A stretch of DNA of 64,000 nt from Octopus sinensis (GCF_006345805.1 NC_042997.1:119474001-119538000), one strand, 5' to 3'. Positions 40,216-53,633 are shown, counted from the first letter of the stretch. The notes: generated by a model from the sequence alone, not told the origin. Translations and numbers: made by a program.

Positions 40216-41467
40216 AGTTGAAATTTGTTGATGTAACTATAGTATGATATACATTATATGAACTTTCACTGAATGGTTTACCTTTCTTTCGGTCGAATTA
40301 CTCGTTATATCATCCAATTTGGTGAAAATTTTCTTCATGCTATGTGCAAATACAGCAAGAAATTGCTATAAACAATGAAACAATGAACGCATATGGCATC
40401 AGTATTTGGCACAGCTCTATAATTATAATATAAAGAATTCATTTGAATTGTACAACAATCTGAAATATCCGATAGAAATATAACAAAAATAACACATCCC
40501 TTTATACTAGTATAGTATTCTATTAAATTTACTACCGTAAAGTTTTTTTTGTAATTTCTGTAATCTGATATAAAACTTTAGGTACAAATTTTAGGCAAAC
40601 TTTACTTAAATGTCATGAAGTTTAGCAAATACAGTTAGATGAGTGTTATTTCGAAATCTGCCAAGTTTTAAAAGAAAAAGTATTTTAGAATATACAGAAT
40701 ATACAATATGATCTTATCATTCTACTGACAATAAATTATTAAATTTATTCCCTCCCTCAAAATAAAAAGAACAAAAGGATTTTCTCTTTATCTTCCTCAC
40801 TTACTTAAATATTTACTAACACACAAACACATGAACAAGGATATAAATGCACAAGCGCGCTAACACACGCATGCACACTCACAAACACACACACACGTTG
40901 TAGTCTGTAGAATTCTCGAGTCTTCTTTTCAACATAATATAAGGTAAACATCATTTGCTGTCTCGAATGACACAGCACGGCATAACTATACATTGCTTAA
41001 TGAGCCATTTTTTCCCTGATCTTCATTTTCAACAGTATTTCTGATAATCAGCATATGCCTCCCCGGGTTTTTCTCGGTGTCGCTGCAAATGTCCATGATT
41101 TGAAGGTGACAGATGAAAGTTGTAACCTCAATGAAAAAACTATGAACAAACTTATGTCACATTAGTCCCGACATCGTCTTCAAAGCCATTTCACACATTA
41201 CAGATATCTAATCCTAGAATGAGGGAGGTTGCATACCCAGATTGAAAAGAGTAGACGCCACTTGTTCCACACCTGCGAAAATTTATATTCTCATTAAGGT
41301 TCTGATGACAACTTCACCCAAAATAAGCTCTTTAGGATTTCAAATTAAAGTTGAGCTTGCATGTATATATATGCATACATATATACATATACATACATAC
41401 ATACATACATATATACATAGATACACACACACACACATACACACACACACATATATATATATATAGT

Positions 41468-41633
41468 GACAAAGACAGGTGTATAAAGAACAAATAGATG
41501 TATTAATTTAACGGTTGAGAGGTGAGAAAGTCTTTTACGTTTCGAGCCTCCGCTTTTCGGCAGAAAGGAACACTGGAATAAACATGGAGAGAAATTAAAG
41601 AAAAGTTCCGTGGTTAGCGATTTATCATGGCGA
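41468..41633 (-). mobile_element. family H pLTR-like repeat between (TA)n tracts
   Basis: Minus strand: ccttt-CTGCCGA-aaagcggaggctc-GAAA-cg-TA-aaagac; the plus strand ends gcgatttatcatggcga. Confidence 0.75.
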
Positions 41634-41636
41634 TGA

Positions 41637-41760
<124 letters not shown>

Positions 41761-42217
41761 GTATATAAAACACATGCATAGGTCCTCTTTCTATATAGTT
41801 AACATTCATCACCCCTATTGTTATCCATATTCCACTTTTTCCACTTTTTATTGTGGTTGTATTTTTCGTAGTTGACGTTATGATTGGCTTGCACTAGAGA
41901 GCCAATTCGGGTGCTGAATGTAATATTTTAGTTTAGATTACGTATTTGATTGTGTCGGTAAATGTATTTCTGGTGTGTCTATGGAATATATTGTTTATTG
42001 ATTGAGCAGTACGATAATTCATACTGTTGGTTAGCAATTGTTTAGAAGCACAACAATTTAGGGATTCTTCGCTACTCTCTTTTCCAATTTGCCAATCAAA
42101 TATATATAAGTTTAGTTATTCACAGACGTGTCCGATATATCGGGAATGTAATACGAAAAGATTGGCGATTCTGTTTGCAGATGGTTGTTGTTGCTGTTGT
42201 ATGTATATGTATATATT

Positions 42218-42292
<75 letters not shown>

Positions 42293-42297
<5 letters not shown>

Positions 42298-42910
42298 CAA
42301 TTGAGGATAAAATCTTTAAAAGAAATTATCAGTAGTCAGCGTGAAAAACCTCGTAAGGGAAAAAATCCGTAAATTCTTCCTCTTTGAAAATATTCATTTA
42401 TATTATGTTGAGGGTACTACTATTCGTAGATACCAACACGCTAAGAGGGACCAATGCGGTCAAAACTACTAAAAATAAACAAAATTTTACCGAATGCAAA
42501 ACTTCAAAACACATCATTTTAAAAAAGAATTCAGTTACATATCACATGTGATTTCGCATTTAAATGCAGAATATGCATTTTATGTTCATCAGTGCAACAA
42601 ACTCAAGAAATATAAGAGAAAAACATAACATTACAAGCTCGATAGCTAACCGTAGAATTCGTCGTAGCATGTCCGAATGTTTATCTTTACATATCTATGA
42701 AAATGGCGGGCTTATTCGCAATGCATTTCGGTAACAAATTGTCTATTCGGAATAAAAATTCAGTATTGAACTATTCCGGTGAAAAATATAAATTAACAAT
42801 TGAGGATAAAATCTTTAAAAGAAATTATCAGTAGTCAGCGTGAAAAACGCATTGGTCCCTCTTAGCGTGTTGGTATCTACGAATAGTAGTACCCTCAATA
42901 TAATATAAAT
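42293..42910 (-). mobile_element. retrozyme/pLTR-like element: ~499-bp unit with 57-bp terminal direct repeat plus 63-bp inverted segment, flanked by (TA)n
   Basis: 42293-42349 equals 42792-42848. 42396-42458 is the reverse complement of 42848-42910 (one mismatch). Internal hammerhead. Confidence 0.8.
42534..42598 (-). ncRNA. type I hammerhead ribozyme motif (canonical core)
   Basis: Minus strand: gttgca-CTGATGA-acataaaatgca tattc tgcatttaaatgc-GAAA-tcacatgtga-TA-tgtaac. Stem I is 6 bp (one G.U), stem III is palindromic, and the first stem II pair is A.C. Confidence 0.87.
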
Positions 42911-42916
42911 ATATAT

Positions 42917-42991
<75 letters not shown>

Positions 42992-43920
42992 GTGTGTGTG
43001 TGTGTGTGTGTGAGTGCGTGTGTTCCTTAATCCATTCTGCATCTTCATTATGTTGTTTTTCAATGTTGCACAGGAGGGTCAGTGAGCTCTCTAGAGCCGA
43101 GAGTTGCGTATTTTTTAGGGTAATTACAAGTCTTGTGTATCGTGAGTAGAACGATTGTGAGGATATTATTTCTTATCCAGTTATGGCGTACATCGAACGT
43201 ACGATACAACACTTCATCTGTTAACGCTTCCATATTTCAGCATATCTAGAATCATTGTCTGGTGCAGCTATTTTTTGTTTAAGACAATGTTATACCTTAA
43301 TGGAATTCTTGCTGCTATACCTACTTGCTCAGTTGACGACTTAAACTCCGGCACTTAATGTACTGCTTAATAGAAATAGATACTTTAAGAGGTTTTGTTG
43401 AGAATGCAACAATTCGGAGCTTAAGGCTCTATGACAGATCACCATAACATTTATCTCATGTGATGTCTAAGTGGTGGCTCATAAGGGGTGGGGGGATGTA
43501 TGTACGTACGTTTGTAACGATATGTTTAGAAACAGAGGACAAGGAAAATATGGAATCACTTTAGAGCCTTTTATTTATAATTTATGATTTAAACATAATG
43601 TAGTGTACTTACAACAAAAAGCTAAAAAGCTAGCTACTTACCTATTTACGACAACTACTATACAATCTGTATGCATTTTGAATTAAAAGTTAATTGCTCT
43701 AAAGTGATATCACATGATTTATTCTCTGTTCCCTCTTTTTGATATATTATATATACACACACACATACACACACTCACACACACACACACACACACACCA
43801 CACACACACACCACACACACACACACACACACCACACACACCACACACACACACACACCACACACACACACACATATATATATATAATATATAATATATA
43901 TTATATAATATATATGTATG

Positions 43921-44168
43921 TATATTTTCTTGCTCTATGGTGAATTACTTCTCGCCAGCAGATAGCATCTTCAGCGTGTTTTCAGTTGCAGTTGAAACCG
44001 GTGTTTTAGTAGTAAAAGAAACCGAAAGCTTAAACTATATCCCTATCACATTACATCTTGAGACGAAAATCATTTATATATACTCTTTGTACCGATGTTG
44101 ACATGCATACTTATATACATACATACATACATACATACATACATACATACATACAGACATACATACAT

Positions 44169-44210
<42 letters not shown>

Positions 44211-44804
44211 ATATAAATTAAATTAAAGATAAAACCACTATAAGGCAACTCAAACAGTGAAATACGTAAGCCAAAATATAAAAAGAAATACAATTAATAT
44301 AATATTAAAAAAATATAAAATTTAAAATTTAAATGATTTAAATTTAAATTTTAAATTATTTAGAGTTATAAATTTTTATATTTTTTATATATTTTCTAAA
44401 TTTTAAATTTATAATTTATATTTTTTTAATGTATAACTACGAAAAAGTATTAAAAAGTTTAATAAAAAAAATTATAAATTATAAATTTGAATTTTAAAAT
44501 ATATAAAAAAATCTAAAAATTTTTAAATATAAAAAAAATTAATTTAAGTTTAAATAATTTAAATTTTAAGTTTTATATTTTTTGTATATTATATTACTTA
44601 TATATATTTTTATGTTTTGGTTTATGTTTTTCACTGTTTGATTTGCCTAATGGTGGTTTTATCTCTAATTTACGTTATATTTATACTGTGAAATTTGACT
44701 CAATCCTAAATCTGTGATGAGTCTGCGTGACGAAATGTGTTATGAGTCCGAGTGACGCTGATGGCCTGGAGTCGCGTCTGTCATCTATCTATCGATCTAT
44801 CTAT

Positions 44805-44864
<60 letters not shown>

Positions 44865-44873
44865 ATATTATAT

Positions 44874-44957
<84 letters not shown>

Positions 44958-45353
44958 GTATATGTATGTATATATATAATATATATTTAACTTGTTTCAG
45001 TCATTCCACAGCGGACATGCTGGAGCAGCGCCTTTAGTCGAGGAAATCGACCCCAGGACTTATTCTTTGTGAGACTAGTACTTATTCTATCGGACTATTT
45101 TGCCGAACCGCTAGTTACAGGGACTTAGACGCACCAGCATCGGATGACAGGCGATGTTGGGGAGGATGATAGACATACACAGACACACAAATACACACAC
45201 ATATATATACATACACTATATACGACGGGCTTATTGCAGTTTCCGTCTATCAAATCCATTCACAAGACTTTGGTCATCCCGAAGCTAGAGTAGAAGACAC
45301 TTTCCCAAGGTGCCACGCACGTGGTTGGAAGCAAGTTACTTACCGCAGCCACT

Positions 45354-45390
<37 letters not shown>

Positions 45391-45833
45391 ATATATATAT
45401 ATATATATATGTATGTATATATATAATATATATATATATATGTATGTATATATATAATATATATTTAACTTGTTTCAGTCATTCCACAGCGGACATGCTG
45501 GAGCAGCGCCTTTAGTCGAGGAAATCGACCCCAGGACTTATTCTTTGTGAGACTAGTACTTATTCTATCGGACTATTTTGCCGAACCGCTAAGTTACAGG
45601 GACTTAGACGCACCAGCATCGGATGACAGGCGATGTTGGGGAGGATGATAGACATACACAGACACACAAATACACACACATATATATACATACACATATA
45701 TACGACGGGCTTATTGCAGTTTCCGTCTATCAAATCCATTCACAAGACTTTGGTCATCCCGAAGCTAGAGTAGAAGACACTTTCCCAAGGTGCCACGCAC
45801 GTGGTTGGAAGCAAGTTACTTACCGCAGCCACT

Positions 45834-45895
<62 letters not shown>

Positions 45896-46353
45896 TTAGG
45901 GAGTAAATCCAAACTTACAGGGAAAAATCAGATTTAGGATTAAATGAAATTTCACAGTATAAATAAAAATTAGATTAGAGATAAAACCAGTATTAGACAA
46001 ATCAAACAGTGAAAAACATAACCAAAACATAAAACTAAATATAATGTATATAAATATACAAAAAATATAAAAGTTAAAATTTAAATTATTTAAATTATAT
46101 TTTTTTATATTTATAAATTTTAATATTTTTAAAAAATATTTTTTAATTTCAAATCTATTATTTATAATATTTTTATTAAACGTTTTAATACTTTTTGATA
46201 GTTATATACAAAAATATAAATTATAAATTTAAAATTGAAAATTTTAAATTTTATATATTTTTTGTATATTATATTAATTATATTTATTTTCATACTTTCG
46301 TATGTTTTTTCACTCTTTGATTTGCCTGATAGTGGTTTTATCTGTAATTTAAA

Positions 46354-46446
<93 letters not shown>

Positions 46447-46461
46447 ATGTAAGTATGTATG

Positions 46462-46492
<31 letters not shown>

Positions 46493-46685
46493 GTATGCAT
46501 GTGAACATCGGTACAAAGAGCATATATAAATGATTTTCGTTTCAAGATGTAATGTGATGGGGATATAGTGTAAGCTTTCGGTTTCTTTTACTACTAAAAC
46601 ACCGGTTTCAACTGCAACTGAAAACACGCTGAAGATGCCTATCCGCTGGCGAGAAGTGATTCACCAGAGAGCCAGAATATATATA
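43921..46685. repeat. large inverted duplication: arms ~43921-44714 and ~45929-46685
   Basis: The unique segment gcatcttcagcgtgttttcagttgcagttgaaaccggtgttttagtagtaaaagaaaccgaaagc, the (TACA)n tract and the AT-rich element all reappear reverse-complemented. Confidence 0.9.
44988..45836 (-). mobile_element. two tandem, almost identical SINE family B copies (period ~479 bp)
   Basis: 44991-45356 and 45469-45836 differ only by one or two small indels and share the same internal deletion. Confidence 0.92.
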
Positions 46686-47299
46686 TAGAAGAATTTCCCC
46701 TTTTTCCACCTTATTTCTAGCCCCAAATTTCTAATTTTCTTTATATCTAACACTATGTCTTTCTCCATTTCTAATTTAAGGGTGAAAATAAAACAACCCT
46801 GTAAAACACAACTGATCTTTACACACAAACTCACAGAATAACGGCTAGCAAATAATGACAGCTGAATGAACAATAATCATCAGCGATTTGACTGTCGCCT
46901 GTACTCTTGACAAGTAATACCAGTTAGTCTTTTGTACCGACCAAGCTCATTCGTATTCGGCCAAATACTGGATAGGTTTTCGTTCCGTTAAGACTATTTT
47001 AGAACGGAAACATTTCATAGATTGGAATTTAAATCCTAACCACTATACACATTTATTGTTTCAAGAAAACATTGAATTCGAAATATTTTAATTTTTACCA
47101 TCATAGAAAATAACTCGGGCTGTAACCTCTGAACCTGAGTCAGGCGCGTGTGAATAAGTTCCAGAAAACTTCTGCCATGAATGATATCATTTGACACAGG
47201 GCACCTCTAAGACTACCGCTGGGAGCTGAACTGCGACCAGGCTCATATATATATATATATAAATTATATATATATATATGTTATATATTATATATGTAT

Positions 47300-47354
<55 letters not shown>

Positions 47355-47362
47355 ATATAGAT

Positions 47363-47673
47363 AGGCGCAATGGCCCAGTGGTTAGTGTAGCGGACTTGCG
47401 GTTGTAGGATCGTGGTTTCGATTCCCAGACCGGGCGTTGTGTGACTGTTTATTGAGCGAAAACACCTAAAGCTCCACGAGACTCCGGCAAGGGTTGGTAG
47501 CGATCCCTGCTGCACTATTTCGGCACAACTTTCTCTTATTCTTTCTTCTGCTGGCCTGCTCGCTTAGCCAGAGAGGTGGCGTTATTTGAAGGCTAAAACA
47601 ATGCGAAGCGCATTGTGACCAGCGATGTGTAGCAACATCTGATAGCCTGGTCGGTCACGGTGATCACGGTGAT
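47363..47673 (+). mobile_element. tRNA-derived SINE, family C
   Basis: aggcgcaatggcccagtggttag (A box) ... ggtttcgattccc (B box) ... ends gtcacggtgatcacggtgat. Confidence 0.9.
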
Positions 47674-48508
47674 ATATTAATATATATATGCAATGCAGAT
47701 GTTTTCTTTAAACTTTTGTCTAATTTTTACAGTTAGTACAGTACCCTATCCACATATCCATCAGTACCCTTCTTTTATTGAAAGATACGCACAAATTTAC
47801 ACAATATTTGTTCAACAAACTTTTCAATATTGTGACGTACACAAATATCCTTGTCTATTCGCATCCAATACTTCACAAAACAAATATTTTGTCCACAATT
47901 TGCTTATTCAGTATTTACTATTGTTACCTATATTTCTATTTTTGCACAGGCTAAGCAAATGTAACTTAAATACTTTTGTCCATTTCTGTATAATTAAGAA
48001 TCGAATGTTATGAAGCCAAATTGAGAAACAAGCAGAAGTAGATAACAACAACTAAAAAAGCAAAAGCAACATCATAACAGTAAGAAAGCAAATAAACGCC
48101 ACAATACCGGCACAACACGTCCACAATAATTGCAAACTGGTCTGATAGTGAAATCGACTTTCTCATTAACGTACGGTTCATTCTTTCTCAAATTGAAAAT
48201 ATCCACGCCTCATGTATAAATCTCATTGCCAAATGAGTTGTTCACCTTTCTAATAACAGTCATGTGAAACAAATTCAAAACAGAATGAAGCAAATTACTA
48301 CTTTATGTCATACAATTATTAACGACGTGGGTAAACTCGTTCAGATCTTTCCAGCAACCACATCTCGCGATGTTTGAGTAGCAACAACAAAAACAACTGG
48401 CACGGCAACAAAGCTGCAGCCACAAAGACGTGTACATCAAGAAAGTTTTCTAAGCCACAAAAATACTATACCACAAAAAAATTCATCTCCATCAACGTCG
48501 ACATTCTC

Positions 48509-48616
48509 ACTACTACTACTACTACTACTGCTACTACTAACACCACCACCACCACCACATTCACCACCACCACCACCATATCTATCACCATCACCACCAC
48601 CACCACCACCACCACC

Positions 48617-48656
<40 letters not shown>

Positions 48657-48779
48657 ACACCACCACCACCACCACCACCTTCACCACCACCACCACCATC
48701 ACCACCACCACCACCACCACCACCACCACCACCACCACCACCACCACTACCACCACCACCACCACTACTACTACTACTT
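48509..48779. repeat. (CAC)n/(TAC)n compound microsatellite
   Basis: Directly visible; gives the poly-T, poly-V and poly-G ORFs. Confidence 0.95.
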
Positions 48780-50088
48780 CGTGACAAAATTCAACCACTC
48801 CTTTTCTTCACCTTACCCAACTTCATTACCCCAAATCCTCAGTCCCTTAAAGCATCCGCACGTCGGCGACGAAATCCAAAAGGATGTGGCCATTCTTTAA
48901 GCGCGAGTCTATATAAACATTCTGTGGCTGTAATTTTATTTACCTACCACTACGATCAAAATCAGTTCGTAACTCTAATATCTGCCGCTATTCCCAAACA
49001 ACGGTGATTATGTCGACAGCAAGATTGTACGTTCACACATCCCCTCGTACCATCAAAAGTAACACTTCGATCCCTGCCCGAAATTACATAAAAGATGCAC
49101 CCTGTTGCATCAGTACAGGCATATGTTTTTGTTTTTCCCACAAGTCGGGTACCAATCAAGCACCGAGCAAAATATATTAAAACAAAACCCAGCCCCGGCG
49201 GCACAAATTTTCCCAGCAGCTTGGGAAACTGTACAATATTCATTAGGAAAACTAATGAATCAGCAACCGACAGAGTAATTACAAATTCAGCCTCCAAAGT
49301 CTCCTTAACCAGGTTAACTCTCCATTTTACAGTTGCGGAACTTAGCAAAAAGAGATCCAAAAAAGTGTCTGGGATATCACACAGATTCAGCCAGTGCAGA
49401 AACAAAACTCTTCGCTACCAATGAGCAATACGTCTCTTCCGAGCCTTTACGCTATCATTAACAATTTCTCTGAATGAACAATGCATCCCTCCATCTTTGA
49501 ATTCAAGACGATGGAAGCTTCTATTTAGTCAAAGTTGGGTTTCCGAGCCCCTTCATCGTATTCCTTCCTTCAGTCTAACTGAGTCTCACCTTCACACCTC
49601 TCACTTGGAAGCGGAGTTAAATGGGAAGACTGCAACGACAAAAGAAAGGAGGAAGTGCTATTTTTCCTCATGTGGTATTTACCATACATAATATTGACTC
49701 ATTCTCCAATAGCTATTGGAAATCAGTTACTCTGTGTAACATAACCGATTTAACAATAATGGGGCTTTTCGGTTCATCCCAAGCGTACTCAGTTTCAAGG
49801 AACACCCTATGGGTATTAAGTCTTTCATTCAGCAGTGGTAGTCTGATAATGTTTTGATAATGGGTATACTTTGCAATGTGTTAGTTTTCAATGTGTTCAC
49901 ATTGTTAACAAGTGTGGGCAGGATGCTCCACTTGGTTCATTCTGCATTTCTATGATGTTTATTCTTACATGTGCATGCGTTTGCGTCTGAATTTGTGTAC
50001 TTGTGTACATATATGCGTGTGTGTGTGTGTGCGTGATTGTGCGTACGCATGTCTAAGTCTTTCCCATGTGTGTTTATGCATGTATATA

Positions 50089-50317
50089 TATTTCTTTACA
50101 ACCCACAAGGGGCTAAACACACAGGGGACAAACAAGGACAGTCAAAGGGATTAAGTCGATAACATCGGGCCCAGTGCGTAACTTGTACTTAATTATTAAC
50201 CCCGAAAGGATGCAAGGCAAAGTCGACTTCGGCGGAATTTGAACTCGGAACGTGACGACAGACGAAATACGGCTACGCATTTCGCCCGGCGTGCTAACGT
50301 TTCTGACAGCTCGCCTT
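50089..50317 (-). mobile_element. SINE family A
   Basis: Reverse complement of 7478-7710. Probable TSD tatgc(a/g)tgtatata on both sides. Confidence 0.93.
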
Positions 50318-50600
50318 ATATGCGTGTATATATGGACTCATAGCTTTTTTATTATTGTCATCGTTATAGACGTTGTTCTTAGTAAGACCATGATGCTCCT
50401 CTCACTCTGTCCCCTCTCCCATTGCTGCTGCTGCTGCCATTGTACCGGTCTGCTGGTATTTTTTCCACTTTAATAATTTTATGTTTATAAGTCATTTGGT
50501 GCCCAGTTGACTATCAGGCTAAACAAATCTTCGTGAGTGGATGTCGTAGACCGTCATATACATACACAAATATTCATATATAAATGTATATATTTTATAT

Positions 50601-50648
<48 letters not shown>

Positions 50649-50718
50649 ATATGCATATATATAAACATATATGTACGTACCTACCTCTACATGTACATAT
50701 ACACGCATATATGTGTAC

Positions 50719-51118
50719 AGGACACCAAAATGACGTCGAACACATAGAGAGACGAAAAACATAGACACAAACCAAGGAACAAGACAAGCAAAAAAAAAAA
50801 AAAAAAGAGATACAGGACAATAAGCACAACGAAAAATCCCCTTCTTCAGTCGTTTCATCTACTAAACGTTTCTTGTACCATCAGATTACCACTTTTTGCG
50901 CGCTGTGGCCCATTTCCTGCACGGATGGAGGTTTAACAATTACATATATGTGTGTGGGGGGGGGTTGTATTCCATGTTTTCGGATTTCGTATGTCATGTT
51001 GTTTACTTTTGATGACTTACTGAACTCATATAAGCATATGTGTATACTTATATGTAAATTTGCAAATATATGCATGTATATACGCATATACATACATACA
51101 TGCATATATTATATATAT

Positions 51119-51152
<34 letters not shown>

Positions 51153-52060
51153 ATCTATATATATATCTATATATATATATATATATATATATCTATATAT
51201 ATATATATATATTATTTATAGCATTATATGATTGAGAGCCATGTATCCATTTCTAAGTAAGGTTATCTTAATATTTTGATATTCATGCGATTTTCTGTAC
51301 TGTTATCTCTCCCACTACTTTTCTTCTCTCTTCCGTTCTCAAATTATTTGTATCTCCTCTTCTCCCCCGTTCGTGTTTCTTTCTTATTCTTTCTCTAATT
51401 CTTTTCCTCTCCCCTACACCGTTCTTTATCTCTCCCTCTCTCTTTCATACTCTTCCTTCTTTATTATCTCGTTGCTCACACGTGACCATCGGCCAACTTT
51501 ATTTCGCTAACTTGATCTTGTTTCCTTTCGATATGCCACACAGATCACACGCATTCTTGTTTGTCTCCTCACCTATCTTTTCTCCTGTCAGAGCTTGTTC
51601 CTCCAACATTCGCCACCTTATCTCGTTATGGCTTTGAAGCCTTTACTGTTTGTTTTCACTGTCCTGTTTTTGTTACCAACTGTGACGCTCTGCAAATCGC
51701 GAATTTTACTTTGCCTTGCGTTAGCAACTCTATTCTAAAAGACACATATTTTCTTAATTGCTCGGAAAATGTGGAGTAGCTGGAAAACCGACAAAGGATA
51801 AACGGTCGTTCATTATGTCTTGTTTTCCATTTCTTTCTTTCGTTGTTCGAAAAAAGTACGGATTCCATGATTTCGTTTTTCGTATATCGTGTTGTTTACG
51901 TTTTATGACTCTGAACCCACATATATATATATGTACGTTTGTACATATATGCATCGATATAAGCATGTATATGTTATATATCCCGAGCCTTATACCGATA
52001 TATCTGTTTGTTGTCTACACCAACTGTCTTTGTCTTTTGTTTTTCTTGTGAATTCTCCTT
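50719..52060. mobile_element. cluster of decayed Penelope-pLTR-like fragments
   Basis: Related segments at 50719-50880(-), 50970-51025(+) and 51760-51917(+) share gtttttcgt...gttgtttac. 51995-52060 matches the family H 3' end. Confidence 0.45.
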
Positions 52061-52122
52061 ATATATTATATATATATATCATATATATATATATATATAA
52101 TATATTATATATATATATATAT

Positions 52123-52415
52123 ATCACGTGATCACGTGACCGACCAGACCATCAGATGTTGTTACACATCGCTGGTCACAATGCGTTCGCATTGTTTTAG
52201 CCTTCGAATGACGCCACCCCGCTGGCTAAGCGAGCAGGCCAACAAAAGAAAGAGTGGGAGAAAGAGTGGTGAAAGAGTACAGCAGGGATCACCACTTCCT
52301 GCCGGAGCCTCGTGGAGCTTTTAGGTGTTTTCGCTCAACAAACACTTGACTAGGAATCGAAACCGCGATCCTGCGACCGCGAGTCCGCTGCCCTAACCAC
52401 TAGGCCATTGCGCCT
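52123..52415 (-). mobile_element. SINE family C
   Basis: Reverse complement of 47363-47673. Confidence 0.9.
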
Positions 52416-52468
<53 letters not shown>

Positions 52469-52480
52469 CACACACGCACG

Positions 52481-52513
<33 letters not shown>

Positions 52514-52571
52514 CAGAGTAGTGACGCAAAACAATGTTCACGTGTACTCTCAATTTAGGTTAGTTGAACTA

Positions 52572-53068
52572 TGTTTGTCAGAAATTTCAACTTCTAAACG
52601 TGAATGCACTGCCGGTTCCGTGGAGAAAAATATCTCTCATATTGTAAAAAGGTGTGAAAATACCTAGTTCGCTGAATTATATAAAGCTATAAGCATTATT
52701 TAGATCTCTCATGTACATCTCATTGACAAAAGTCAATAATTTCGAACAAACTTTGTCTCATATTCCCGAGAGAGGGCGACACTGAGTGAAATGTGTGCTT
52801 TCACACCTTTTTACCATAAGAGAGATTTTGTGTATTTGCCTTTAGCAGTTAAAATATGTGATAAACATACATCAATTAACATAAATTATGATTATACGGC
52901 TATGCGCCATTACTTCGATATTTTTCTCGATTAAGCGATCGACTAAAGCAAATAGAGAGAGGGCGGCACTGAACGAACTATGTATTTTCTCACCTTTTAA
53001 CCGTAAGAGAGATATTTACTCCAAGGTAACTGTTGTGTATTTGCCTTTAGCCGTTGATATAATTGTGT
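52572..53068. mobile_element. MITE of the 8735-9055 family plus a duplicated right half
   Basis: aaaaggtgtgaaa / tttcacaccttt inverted pair. gtgtatttgcctttagc occurs at ~52830 and again at ~53035. Confidence 0.6.
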
Positions 53069-53275
53069 ATGTGACCTCGTGTGTACCGTTGGCGATTTTT
53101 TTTCCTCTGTCTTCCCTTCTCTGGATCTTTCCTTCTCCTATGTTTCCGACGAAGAGCTCCACTGGAAACGTTAAAACCTCCTTCTTTCCTTCTTTCCTGA
53201 GCGTCCAATATTACTATATTTGTTCCACGTCCTCGCGTTGTTGTGTTTTTTGTGGTTTCTTGTTTGGATTAACTA
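53069..53275 (+). mobile_element. pLTR-like repeat with degenerate hammerhead, ending at (TA)n
   Basis: gttt-CCGACGA-agagctccactg-GAAA-cgt-TA-aaac (53142-53177). Palindromic AACGTT; stem II is disrupted. Confidence 0.6.
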
Positions 53276-53305
53276 TATATATACATATATATATATATAT
53301 GTATA

Positions 53306-53410
53306 TGCGTGGCACCTTGAGCATGTGTCTTCTTCTATAGCCTCGGGCCGACCAAATCCTTGTGAGTAGATTTGTTATATGTAAACTGAAAGAATCCCGT
53401 CGAGTATATA

Positions 53411-53448
<38 letters not shown>

Positions 53449-53605
53449 GTGGGGTGTGTGTGTGTGTGTGTTTGTGTGTATGTGTGTTTCGCCTATCAGC
53501 ACTTGAAAACATTTGTTGTTGTGTTTATATCCCTGTATGATAGTGATTCAGCAAAGGAGACCGTTAGAATAAGTACTGGCCGCAGTCTAATAACTGAAAC
53601 AGATA
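53306..53605 (+). mobile_element. truncated SINE family B
   Basis: tgcgtggcaccttgagc...tatagcctcgggccgacc...gaataagtact...actgaaaca. Confidence 0.85.
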
Positions 53606-53633
53606 GAAAAAATATACATACATATTTTTATAC

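Noticed and set aside
41036-41165. Candidate small exon after ttcattttcaacag
   Set aside because: Short frame, weak donor and no recognisable homology.
46628-46670. CTGAAGA-tgcc...ggc-GAGA hammerhead-like motif (mirrored at ~43940-43976)
   Set aside because: It lacks GAAA, a UH cleavage site and a stem I.
47363-47440. tRNA gene-like sequence (also at 4670-4742, 52345-52415 and SINE B heads)
   Set aside because: A and B boxes are present but continue into a shared SINE body without a clean cloverleaf, so these are SINE heads.
50835-50880. Minus-strand GAAA...CTGAAGA arrangement suggesting a permuted hammerhead
   Set aside because: The stems cannot be paired convincingly, and the related copy at ~51765-51800 lacks the core.
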